DNA of 31,729 bases from a virus (Duplodnaviria > Caudoviricetes). How positions within the stretch are numbered: the first letter of the stretch is position 1; each line of letters starts with the position of its first letter. A model generated the notes under the pieces. It saw only the letters and a list, made by a program, of their open reading frames with translations. It did not search any database and was not told the origin of the DNA. This document shows positions 17,015 to 24,913 of the stretch, in pieces. The position numbers were made by a program, and so were the translations under genes. The stretch lies in the IMG/VR virus record IMGVR_UViG_3300029925_000055, positions 1 through 31,729 of that record; one strand, given 5' to 3'.

Positions 17015-17562
17015 TTATGATAAACCTTGAGGACTTCGTTTATAGCATTATAAATAATCAAACGAGCTTCAGATGATTCTGATTTTTTTTTATTAACTAT
17101 TTTCTGAATTTTTTCGTCTCTTGTTTCCCGACAAGCTTTCAATATTAATAGGGCGTCTTTTTCAGAAAGATCCAATACCGATTGTGGCCAGCCAGAATTT
17201 AAAAGCAATCGAATACTAGCTTGAAGCGCTGTATCGAAAGGTTTTTTAGAATATTCAGAAAGCGCTTTTAATATTTCTTTGCCTGTTTCCATATCAAAAG
17301 ATACTCTAACTTGCACGATTCTATTAGCTTCGAAAAAACTCATTTTATATCCTTTCTCGATATCAGAGATTATACCACTCTGATTTTTACCATCAACTTT
17401 CAATAAATTTTTCAGAGAAACGTATATATCAGTGCGCAAAGCGAATCCGGCGCTAGTTTCCGTGTATTTAGATGGACTTTGCAAAAGGTTGCGAATCAAC
17501 GCGGCTTCGTCAACGCTAAGATCCAAATAAACTAACGCATCACGTTTTATACAATCGGCCAT
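17011..17562 (-). CDS. Hypothetical protein with 2-3 internal copies of an LxLSxxEAxxI module
   Basis: LDLSVDEAALIRNLLQ and LDLSEKDALLILKAC; start MADCIK follows the stop of the upstream small ORF. Confidence 0.7.
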   Translation of the reverse strand: MADCIKRDALVYLDLSVDEAALIRNLLQSPSKYTETSAGFALRTDIYVSLKNLLKVDGKNQSGIISDIEKGYKMSFFEANRIVQVRVSFDMETGKEILKALSEYSKKPFDTALQASIRLLLNSGWPQSVLDLSEKDALLILKACRETRDEKIQKIVNKKKSESSEARLIIYNAINEVLKVYHK

Positions 17563-17564
17563 TC

Positions 17565-17723
17565 TTATTCCCATTCTGCTATCAGGTTGGCGCAAGTTTC
17601 AGCGACAGTGAGCCATTTTTTCTCTTTCGCTCTATCCCCTTCGTTGTGTGCTTCATTTGCACGCATGAAAGATTTATCTATCGTTAGCATGAGCTGTTTA
17701 ATCGACATATCTTTAAGCTTCAT
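17565..17723 (-). CDS. Hypothetical 52-aa protein (not in ORF track)
   Basis: MKLKDMSIKQLMLTIDKSFMRANEAHNEGDRAKEKKWLTVAETCANLIAEWE; GGTGA RBS. Confidence 0.65.
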   Translation of the reverse strand: MKLKDMSIKQLMLTIDKSFMRANEAHNEGDRAKEKKWLTVAETCANLIAEWE

Positions 17724-17736
17724 TTAAAATCACCAG

Positions 17737-17850
17737 TTAAAAATAGAGACATTCTTCTCTACCACAGTGGTTGCATTTGACCACAAAGGGAACGCCGGTT
17801 GGCGTGAAATCAGGACAATATCTCATCCAACACATAAACCTGCGTATCAT
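17737..17850 (-). CDS. 37-aa Cys-rich peptide (not in ORF track)
   Basis: MIRRFMCWMRYCPDFTPTGVPFVVKCNHCGREECLYF; ATGA-coupled. Confidence 0.55.
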   Translation of the reverse strand: MIRRFMCWMRYCPDFTPTGVPFVVKCNHCGREECLYF

Positions 17851-18236
17851 GATTTGCGAAACGCTTTTCTTAAAACATCAAGTTCATCTAACGCTTTGTC
17901 ACGCTGTTTGAGCATATCGACAAAATTCGATTCTGCTATTTCGAGGCGTTCAAGCGCGACAGTTAAAAACTGACCATTATCAAAAGCTTCCTTAGCCCAA
18001 ACCAAATCAGGATCACTGAACATATCATCCGGCACAATCTCTAACCCTTCATAATTAACTAAGTCGTTTAAAGCTTTGTCACGCTGCTTGAGCATGTTAG
18101 CAAAATTTAATTCCACTTGTTTAATACGTTCAAGCACTACATTAAAAAACTGACCATTATCAAAAGCTTCTTTAACCCATGCTAAATCAGGATCATCAAA
18201 TATATTTTGTGGAATAATTTCTGTTATGTAAGTCAT
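17847..18236 (-). CDS. Hypothetical protein made of two tandem 60-aa repeats
   Basis: DPDL.W.KEAFDNGQF...LER......NF..MLKQRDKAL occurs twice, 180 bp apart. Confidence 0.8.
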   Translation of the reverse strand: MTYITEIIPQNIFDDPDLAWVKEAFDNGQFFNVVLERIKQVELNFANMLKQRDKALNDLVNYEGLEIVPDDMFSDPDLVWAKEAFDNGQFLTVALERLEIAESNFVDMLKQRDKALDELDVLRKAFRKS

Positions 18237-18424
18237 TGAAAGCGCCCCTTTATTGCCATTTTTAAACCTATCATCCTATTACCTAACAGGATTTTATGTA
18301 AAAGCGAGTCTTCCTGATTACGCAGCCACTGATTAATTTTCTCTGTATGTACTTGCGATCGGTAGATCTCGATCTTCTTAAGTTTGTGACATTTGAGTTT
18401 TGTTTTGGTCATCAAAATAACCAA
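18233..18424 (-). CDS. Hypothetical basic protein
   Basis: Co-oriented, coupled ORF; the true start may be 18412. Confidence 0.55.
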   Translation of the reverse strand: MVILMTKTKLKCHKLKKIEIYRSQVHTEKINQWLRNQEDSLLHKILLGNRMIGLKMAIKGRFQ

Positions 18425-18615
18425 GGATCAGCAATGAACCAAATGTAAATACCACCCGGTAGTAGGGTTAAACAATAACTTGCCAAAGTATTGATTACCA
18501 TGTAATCCTGTCTTTTATAGACATTATCAATCTTCCGTATTTTCACAGTTACCAACAAAAAAACCAATACAACAACTAACACATATCCGATGTATAAATC
18601 TATCCAATCAATCAT
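18412..18615 (-). CDS. Small two-TM membrane protein
   Basis: Two hydrophobic segments; ATGA-coupled. Confidence 0.65.
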   Translation of the reverse strand: MIDWIDLYIGYVLVVVLVFLLVTVKIRKIDNVYKRQDYMVINTLASYCLTLLPGGIYIWFIADPWLF

Positions 18616-19064
18616 TTGATATCAACCACTAAAAATTCAGTGCGCCAAAACCCATCATCACAAGGGCCAAATAAATACGGGGACTCTGCTGAATTAGATG
18701 GATCATGAATAATCTTGCCATTTTTACAAATAACAACATGGTTACTGATCTTAGATTGACCGACTAACATAAAAGTGACGTTGGGGAATGCGTTATTAGT
18801 ATGCTCTAACAATTGTGTTAAATTTTCGAACGTCCAGGGAATGATGACATGGTGCATGCGATGATTCATTAAAAGCCATTCACTCGCACGATCAAAAGAG
18901 TTATTAGCTTCTTGCTCGCTGAATCCACGATCTTTAAAATCAAAAAAATGTGGTACATTCAGCGGGTTGGGGTAATCTAACAAACAAGCTAAACATGTTC
19001 TAAAACAATCCCCCCACTGGCTTTGTTCTGGATCATGAGTGATAGAACTTTTGTGATACTTCAT
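18612..19064 (-). CDS. Phage protein with papain-like Cys/His/Asp pattern (C39-like fold, inferred)
   Basis: GDCFRTCLACLL...NHVVICKNGKIIHDPS. Confidence 0.6.
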   Translation of the reverse strand: MKYHKSSITHDPEQSQWGDCFRTCLACLLDYPNPLNVPHFFDFKDRGFSEQEANNSFDRASEWLLMNHRMHHVIIPWTFENLTQLLEHTNNAFPNVTFMLVGQSKISNHVVICKNGKIIHDPSNSAESPYLFGPCDDGFWRTEFLVVDIK

Positions 19065-19077
19065 TTTTTAATTAGTC

Positions 19078-19461
19078 CTAGATAAAAAATCGATCCGCAT
19101 GTTTTCTTAAAAAATAAGCTATTTGTTTAAACGTCCATTTTCCGCTGTCGTTTATACTCGACAAACAACGGTAACGTTCACCATCAATAACCGGTCTAAT
19201 ATTCATCGGGATTGAAAAATCGCAGCCAATGCCTTGTTTTACACCTAACATATCCATCATTCTTTCTGATAAATATAAGTTTTGGTTTTGATAATAATGG
19301 TCTTTGTGTGTGAAAGCTACAAAGTCATCTGGCTCAATTTTATTGGCAACAAAAGCGCGACCTAGGCAACAAAAACCATCGCAGTTATGCAGAGAACCTC
19401 TTGACTGAGGGGCGTTGGTAGTTTCCAAGTCACGTATCCAGAGTTCAGCGCAAACGTTCAT
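19078..19461 (-). CDS. Hypothetical phage protein, DGFCCLGRA family (dispersed copy)
   Basis: W..DLETT...LH..DGFCCLGRAFVAN...ND...WTFKQIA.FLR.H...FFI is shared with the ORFs at 30721-31729. Confidence 0.8.
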   Translation of the reverse strand: MNVCAELWIRDLETTNAPQSRGSLHNCDGFCCLGRAFVANKIEPDDFVAFTHKDHYYQNQNLYLSERMMDMLGVKQGIGCDFSIPMNIRPVIDGERYRCLSSINDSGKWTFKQIAYFLRKHADRFFI

Positions 19462-19468
19462 TTAATTA

Positions 19469-19633
19469 TCATCCGTCCAATGCATCTCGAAAAGTCTTCC
19501 AAAGATGATCGCGCACTGTTTCTAAATGCTTCTCATCTACAGGTCTTTGAAGTTTATTCTTAATAAAATTTGCTTCAACTTCACTCAGTTCTACGGTGAT
19601 AGTTAAAGTTTTCTCTACTGTATATGTTGCCAT
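19469..19633 (-). CDS. 54-aa protein (not in ORF track), paralogue of 19640..19810
   Basis: MATYTVEKTLTITVELSEVEANFIKNKLQRPVDEKHLETVRDHLWKTFRDALDG. Confidence 0.7.
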   Translation of the reverse strand: MATYTVEKTLTITVELSEVEANFIKNKLQRPVDEKHLETVRDHLWKTFRDALDG

Positions 19634-19639
19634 TTTAAT

Positions 19640-19810
19640 CTACTCTCTTATTGTAGCTTGTAACGCTTGCCAAATATTAGTGCGCAGGGTTTCTATATTC
19701 TCTAATTCCTCAACGCCATTTTGTAAACGCTTCCTAATGAACATCGCTTCACTTAAACTAAGCTCTAAAACAATCGTGACTTCTTTTTCTGTTTTTGTGC
19801 AAGTTACCAT
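19640..19810 (-). CDS. 56-aa protein (not in ORF track), paralogue of 19469..19633
   Basis: MVTCTKTEKEVTIVLELSLSEAMFIRKRLQNGVEELENIETLRTNIWQALQATIRE; AAGGA RBS. Confidence 0.7.
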   Translation of the reverse strand: MVTCTKTEKEVTIVLELSLSEAMFIRKRLQNGVEELENIETLRTNIWQALQATIRE

Positions 19811-19930
19811 TTTTAAATATCCTTTAAGGAGCTGTTAACACGGCGTAAACCAAGAGCCCCATAAATAAACCAACCGCTAACATGAGCACCATTACAAAAA
19901 TCAACGCACTCCACAACAATATGTTTTTAA

Positions 19931-20401
19931 TCATGATGATTTTTTTGTACCATGCAAGTCGTTATCATTTTTATAGGTGTCAATATGACGCGGCATTGTA
20001 TGCAGGCGAACAGCTTTTATATCGAAATCTTGATTTAAAACACCCTTGAGTATTCGATGATAGCCATTACAAACGCCACCCGCGCAATCGAATATAATTG
20101 GATAACTCATATCAGCGTTTTGAATTGCGGCCATGTGATAGGCAAAAGAATCTAACGAATAGACATCCCAAGGTAAAATAGACAAATCTATTGATACTAA
20201 CGGCACCATAAAAACGGGTAAGTTATCATCGATTGTCTTTTTTATTATTTCACTAACAGACCATCTAAAGCCCCTGGCTGAAAATGTTTCGTTGCATAAT
20301 TGATATGTGTCAAGCTCAACAATAGATACAGCGTTACTACTTTTTTCTGTCACGAATGAGACCACTTCTCCAATGAATGCACTCTTTGATAACGAATCCA
20401 C
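19931..20401 (-). CDS. ParB/Srx-like fold phage protein
   Basis: HMAAIQNADMSYPIIF...GVCNGYHRILKG, a variant of the DGxHR motif; start uncertain. Confidence 0.65.
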   Translation of the reverse strand: MDSLSKSAFIGEVVSFVTEKSSNAVSIVELDTYQLCNETFSARGFRWSVSEIIKKTIDDNLPVFMVPLVSIDLSILPWDVYSLDSFAYHMAAIQNADMSYPIIFDCAGGVCNGYHRILKGVLNQDFDIKAVRLHTMPRHIDTYKNDNDLHGTKKSS

Positions 20402-20772
20402 TTAGGGTTATATTGTCTAAGTTCCCAGTATACGCGGCCGTACATTTTATCCATAAACTTTTTTAAATATCGGTCTTCTGAAACGACGCCGTAAATGTTA
20501 CATAACACCCATTTACCGACCACCAAAATCATATGCGTCGCACCCCTTAGTGATCCTATTTTCAGCGTACCCGCAACCATATACATGGACTTTTCCGGGT
20601 ACCCTAACGCGAGACACAATTGATATTTACCTAACTGAATGTCATCGCAATCACCGCCTTTCCTGACTAGGCATTCTTCGACCGTGTACCACACGTCGGA
20701 GTCTTCAGGTCTAAACGGAATGCGATTATTAACCGCATTGTTGATGCCTGATAAAGTCCTTTTATCATTCAT
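20350..20772 (-). CDS. Bacterial transglutaminase-like cysteine peptidase (BTLCP/C93, LapG-like)
   Basis: INNAVNNRIPF..ED.DVW.T.EE.L...GGDCDD..LGKY..CLALGYP...THMILVV...VLCN. Confidence 0.8.
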   Translation of the reverse strand: MNDKRTLSGINNAVNNRIPFRPEDSDVWYTVEECLVRKGGDCDDIQLGKYQLCLALGYPEKSMYMVAGTLKIGSLRGATHMILVVGKWVLCNIYGVVSEDRYLKKFMDKMYGRVYWELRQYNPKWIRYQRVHSLEKWSHS

Positions 20773-20824
20773 ATACTACTCATTCATTTTGTATTATCTA
20801 CTGGCTTGAAAAATCCAGTATCAC

Positions 20825-21328
20825 TTACAATAGAATTGGTTTTAACGTTTTTTTTAAGTACAAAGGATGGCTAGGTGAACCATCGTTATTAATTTTCAAA
20901 CAATAAGGTATTTTCTGAAAATCGAATATTTTTTGAATCATTCTATCTGCTGCCTCATCGCCATCATAAGCAAAATCGCTACCACCCCAACCACATATAA
21001 TTAGGTTAGCATTTTGTATTGCCATATCAACATAATGTTGATGTTCTGAGCCATATCGTCGGGGTGTGAAATGAATCGGTAGCTCATCGGGGTCAGTTGC
21101 GCGAAAAGAGAACAAATTAACGACCTCTAACCGCTCAAAACCCCAATCCAAGGCATAACCTTTACACCTTCTTATAGTGCGGTCATCTTCCAGGGCGTCG
21201 GCCGTTGAGGGGTTTAGCATGATGAATAGTAGCGTGCCTTTGATCGCTTCCGTGTCGATTGTACGATGCAGATGGTAACGATAGATCTTATCGTTACTGA
21301 TCACGGCGCCTGATAATTCTTCAGTCAT
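20825..21328 (-). CDS. DUF1643 domain protein
   Basis: YRY.L.R, LFIMLNPSTADA..DDRTIRRC, VVNLFSFRATDP, ICGWG, G.PSHPLY. Confidence 0.92.
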   Translation of the reverse strand: MTEELSGAVISNDKIYRYHLHRTIDTEAIKGTLLFIMLNPSTADALEDDRTIRRCKGYALDWGFERLEVVNLFSFRATDPDELPIHFTPRRYGSEHQHYVDMAIQNANLIICGWGGSDFAYDGDEAADRMIQKIFDFQKIPYCLKINNDGSPSHPLYLKKTLKPILL

Positions 21329-21330
21329 AT

Positions 21331-21603
21331 TTAACGCCGCTTATGATTATTATTTTTTGGCCCAATTGGCCAGGGAGCGCTAGATATTGGAGCGGGTTTT
21401 TTATTTTTCTCGATCACAACCGCTTTCTTTTTAATTATTGTTAACCGATCCTCGTCAAACGCGCATACATCTAAATCAGTTGCTGTTAGCATGTAAATAT
21501 CACATCCAGAAATATTGTCCGCCCTGGAAGTTATAACGCCTGTAAAACCCGTAACGATATCACGGGCTTTATCGCCAAGGTCATATTTGAAATCAGCGTT
21601 CAT
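21331..21603 (-). CDS. Hypothetical phage protein (SH3/KOW-like pattern)
   Basis: FKYDLGDKARDIVTGFTGVITSRADNISGC...FDEDRL; start trimmed to MNADFK. Confidence 0.7.
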   Translation of the reverse strand: MNADFKYDLGDKARDIVTGFTGVITSRADNISGCDIYMLTATDLDVCAFDEDRLTIIKKKAVVIEKNKKPAPISSAPWPIGPKNNNHKRR

Positions 21604-21607
21604 ATCT

Positions 21608-21838
21608 TTAAGTCTCTCTAAAAGTAGCGTGAAAAATGGCAGATGGAAACCACACAACGATAGGCGGATTTTCACCTAAGTTAAAAGATACCGAATACCC
21701 TTCGTCGCTATTGTTTTCGTTCTTGATAAGTGTCCACCCTCTTGACTCGTTGTACTCTCTTCGCGTCATCGCCATAGCGTAAATGGTAGACGCGCCAGTT
21801 CTTAATCGGTATCGTTTTTGCAACCCTGTAGCGATCAT
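21608..21838 (-). CDS. Small phage protein resembling the domain often found N-terminal to DUF2829
   Basis: AMAMTRREYNESRGW.....ENNSDEGYSVSF......VWFPSAIFHATFRE; GGAGG RBS. Confidence 0.6.
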   Translation of the reverse strand: MIATGLQKRYRLRTGASTIYAMAMTRREYNESRGWTLIKNENNSDEGYSVSFNLGENPPIVVWFPSAIFHATFRET

Positions 21839-22131
21839 TGTTTGGTGCCTCCAAAAAGCGCCGAGTCTTTTAGAAGTCCGATTGGCGTGTCGCGTGTCTT
21901 TGTTAACTTAAATTTCAATTCGGCTATCTGCTGTAAATTCTTTCTATTTTCGGCCTTTAAATCATAAAACCTTTCGCACAAATAAGTCGCATGTTCATCA
22001 CCTTCTTTTAAAGCAATGGTCAAGTTTCTAATTTTATTTTCCATTGATCTAAAAACCAAAGAAACGATACAGAGAATACTGCTAATAATAAAAAGTCTTT
22101 CGGCGGACAAGCTCAATATAAAATCACCCAC
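21835..22131 (-). CDS. Membrane-anchored coiled-coil protein
   Basis: N-terminal hydrophobic helix followed by a heptad-rich tail. Confidence 0.6.
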   Translation of the reverse strand: MGDFILSLSAERLFIISSILCIVSLVFRSMENKIRNLTIALKEGDEHATYLCERFYDLKAENRKNLQQIAELKFKLTKTRDTPIGLLKDSALFGGTKQ

Positions 22132-22375
22132 TTTCTTTCCCCTTCAGTTGTTTTAATTTTTTACTCATAGCAATCATCACTCGCTTTTGTTTTTTGATAA
22201 CTGCTTTTAATTTAATTTCTTCCCCGTAACAATTCTTCAAAGAATTAAGAGCGATAGCTAACCTTTCTTGTAATCTAACATGCCCTCTTAGTATCTTAGA
22301 CATCACTATGTTACAGAGAAGAAAACCAACCGAAAGAATAAATATAACAATCAACAACCCTATGATGGCATCCAT
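22124..22375 (-). CDS. Membrane-anchored coiled-coil protein
   Basis: N-terminal TM segment followed by a basic coiled coil; GGGAG RBS. Confidence 0.65.
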   Translation of the reverse strand: MDAIIGLLIVIFILSVGFLLCNIVMSKILRGHVRLQERLAIALNSLKNCYGEEIKLKAVIKKQKRVMIAMSKKLKQLKGKESG

Positions 22376-22601
22376 TTATATAAAGCTCCCTAAAAAGACA
22401 AGCACTAGAACTAAACAGCCGACCATAACCCCCAGAATAATCAGATCTTTGATTAGGTCTTTCATTTAATCTCCGTCTGACTTTTTGCGTTTGCGCTCAC
22501 AATACTCTTGATAAGACGCGTTTCTTAATTTCTCTTTCCAGATTTCCCTGACAATCAAGATAAGGAGAATTACCAATGCGCCAATCACAATTAAATCAAT
22601 A

Positions 22602-23081
22602 TTATCCATCGTAACCAGCCGCTTTGCAATTTCTAACAATTTCTCTAATTGTTTCTAGGTCTTCTTGTTTCCAATCGCTTAATGGGATATCTAAAAATTT
22701 ATTATTACCATCGCCGGTAGTGACAGTTGTTACCCAATTATTCAAAACTTTTTTGTCAATAACAGGACTTTGACTGATAACCTGTACCGGCTTAATCTTT
22801 GTCCGTGATTCAATGATTTCGTTTTCGACAACATATCCAACACTCGTTAGATAACGCGCATCAGGGGATAGATTAAACGGCACGTATTCAATTGCTGAAA
22901 TCACCATCGCACCATTACGAAAGAATTTAACCCAGTCGCCTATTTGGCGATAGTTCCTACTATGGTCACCTTCGCGCCTTTCACCAATCGTATTTTTATG
23001 CTCACGCTCGAAATCTGATTTAGTTTCATCTAACGCTTTTTGAAGGCGGGCGATTCGTTCAATGTAGGCTTCTGTTTTCAT
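22602..23081 (-). CDS. Hypothetical phage protein
   Basis: 159-aa co-oriented ORF. Confidence 0.7.
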   Translation of the reverse strand: MKTEAYIERIARLQKALDETKSDFEREHKNTIGERREGDHSRNYRQIGDWVKFFRNGAMVISAIEYVPFNLSPDARYLTSVGYVVENEIIESRTKIKPVQVISQSPVIDKKVLNNWVTTVTTGDGNNKFLDIPLSDWKQEDLETIREIVRNCKAAGYDG

Positions 23082-23146
23082 TTTTTCATATTCGCTATGA
23101 TTTTCTTTTTTTTGAATCGATAAAATTCCAGGTCAATGGATACCAA

Positions 23147-23338
23147 TCAAGACCTAAAGACTGGATTTTCCTCTCCAGGGCCATACCATTTAGTGCGTCT
23201 TGATACTGCTTTATCAAAAGATGTAAGACAATCGTCTAAATACTCGGCCAATATAAAATCAGGCGTATCAGAACCATTTTCTTTTGAATATGAATTGATT
23301 AAATCTTCTAACTCTTTTCTAAATAATGATTCGCTCAT
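23147..23338 (-). CDS. Small helical phage protein (ENGSxTPDFILAEYL family)
   Basis: FRKELEDLINSYSKENGSDTPDFILAEYLDDCL..FDKAV..R..WYG; AAGGA RBS. Confidence 0.8.
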   Translation of the reverse strand: MSESLFRKELEDLINSYSKENGSDTPDFILAEYLDDCLTSFDKAVSRRTKWYGPGEENPVFRS

Positions 23339-23364
23339 AATTTTTTCCTTAACTTAACCTTTAC

Positions 23365-23553
23365 TTAAAAAGTGTCTAACTCAAATTTTAAGTCTGCGAT
23401 TTGTTCTTGTAACTCACCTATCTTTTTCTCTTGTTCAACCAACATTTGAGCGGCAAATTCAGCCATACCAATTTGCATTATCAGCGTATAACCTTCATGC
23501 CAATTGCTTTCAACCAAATGTTTTAGTGATTCTGGTACATGTGGATCGCTCAT
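23365..23553 (-). CDS. Hypothetical protein with coiled-coil C-terminus
   Basis: 62-aa co-oriented ORF. Confidence 0.6.
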   Translation of the reverse strand: MSDPHVPESLKHLVESNWHEGYTLIMQIGMAEFAAQMLVEQEKKIGELQEQIADLKFELDTF

Positions 23554-23566
23554 GTTTGCATCTTCT

Positions 23567-24169
23567 TTATGATGCCGGGGGAATGTTTTTGCCCCCTGGT
23601 TTCATATTTGAGTCATTTTCCAAAGACTTAAACCAATTACCTAATGCCGCAGCAGCTGTGATAATGTGATGCCGCGCTTTTTCAACATCTCCGGCCATAG
23701 CAGAAAATAAGGCTTTTCCTGACAAATAACCGACTAACCAAAACCAATCGCTAGGGTCTTTCCCGGCATCGTGATCAGTTCCCCAACGATTCTCTTGGTG
23801 AGGAATTTCAACTGTCACACCTTCGATAAAATCATTGGTTATAGGATTGTTGATCAAGGATCTTAAGTCGTTTATTTCTGCATCATATTCAGAATGACGA
23901 CGAAGTAACGAATCAATATAAGATCGTAACTCGATAATCTCGTCAGTTAGAGGTTCGATCAAAGGCCAGAACTTATCGACTTGTTCACGGTCGCTAGCTT
24001 TTTCCCTCTCTGACAATTCAGTATAAGGCGTTCTTATTTGCTTTTCCAAATTATATTTATAATTTGGATCTAAATAACAACCACGTTCTAATTTTGAGTG
24101 AAAATATTTCTGCCAATGTGACCAAATATCGTGTTGGATTGCTGCTAATTGTTCGTGTAATTCATTCAT
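23567..24169 (-). CDS. RyR-repeat-like domain + coiled coil + all-alpha MazG-like domain
   Basis: EQLAAIQHDIWSHW...TPYTELSEREKASDRE (RyR-like); HQENRWG..HD.GK...DWFWLVGYL.GKA...HHIITAAAAL (MazG-like). GAGG RBS precedes the ATG at 24169. Confidence 0.6.
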   Translation of the reverse strand: MNELHEQLAAIQHDIWSHWQKYFHSKLERGCYLDPNYKYNLEKQIRTPYTELSEREKASDREQVDKFWPLIEPLTDEIIELRSYIDSLLRRHSEYDAEINDLRSLINNPITNDFIEGVTVEIPHQENRWGTDHDAGKDPSDWFWLVGYLSGKALFSAMAGDVEKARHHIITAAAALGNWFKSLENDSNMKPGGKNIPPAS

Positions 24170-24200
24170 GACCTCTATAATACCACGCTGTTTTTTACGG

Positions 24201-24578
24201 TCAATCGAGGACGGTATGTACACCTTTAGCCATTTGCGGCACGGCTTCAACCCATTCTTTCAAATATAAATCAGAAGATAAAAATCTTGTTATCGCCCAA
24301 TAAATTTGATTAGTGGAATTACTTTGATATTTATACAGAATTACCTTTTCTGGCTCGGGTTTAATTCGTATAAAATGTTGTTGAAATAAATTCTCTAAAT
24401 ATAAAACTCGATTGAAAGATAACCTAAACGATTCATCTCCCGCGACATCTAAAAGCCAATCATTTACACTTTTTGACTCGCCCCACTGTTTATTCACATA
24501 AATTTCAAACGTTGTTTTATTTCTAACAACATCTAAAAGGTGTTTAAAAGAGCCGATGATTATCATGTTGTTTTTCAT
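24201..24578 (-). CDS. Hypothetical protein, tandem paralogue 3 of 3
   Basis: I.SF......FEI....W.ESK..ND...LY.Y......YW pattern. Confidence 0.7.
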   Translation of the reverse strand: MKNNMIIIGSFKHLLDVVRNKTTFEIYVNKQWGESKSVNDWLLDVAGDESFRLSFNRVLYLENLFQQHFIRIKPEPEKVILYKYQSNSTNQIYWAITRFLSSDLYLKEWVEAVPQMAKGVHTVLD

Positions 24579-24913
24579 TTTGGTTCACCTATTTTCGGCG
24601 TGCCAACAATGTACAACCGCATATATTTATCCTCATCATGCCAACGATGAGATTTAGAAGACACCCAATAAACGTGGCCGTGGTTAGAATATTGATACAG
24701 GGTTAAAGATTTGTGTGTTTTAGTTCTGAGAGAAGTATTTTTTATCAATTGCTCAATATGTAAAATATCATCAATACAAACACCCCCATTTTTTATAAAA
24801 GCCTTAGTGATATCATTTATTCTTTTGGATTCGCGCCATAGATTATCACTATGAAGAATTTCAAATTCATAACTAGCATTCGTAATGAAAGATTGAAAAG
24901 AAAGTATATTCAT
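24575..24913 (-). CDS. Hypothetical protein, tandem paralogue 2 of 3
   Basis: ILSF...FEI....WRESKRIND...LYQYSNHGHVYW. Confidence 0.7.
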   Translation of the reverse strand: MNILSFQSFITNASYEFEILHSDNLWRESKRINDITKAFIKNGGVCIDDILHIEQLIKNTSLRTKTHKSLTLYQYSNHGHVYWVSSKSHRWHDEDKYMRLYIVGTPKIGEPK

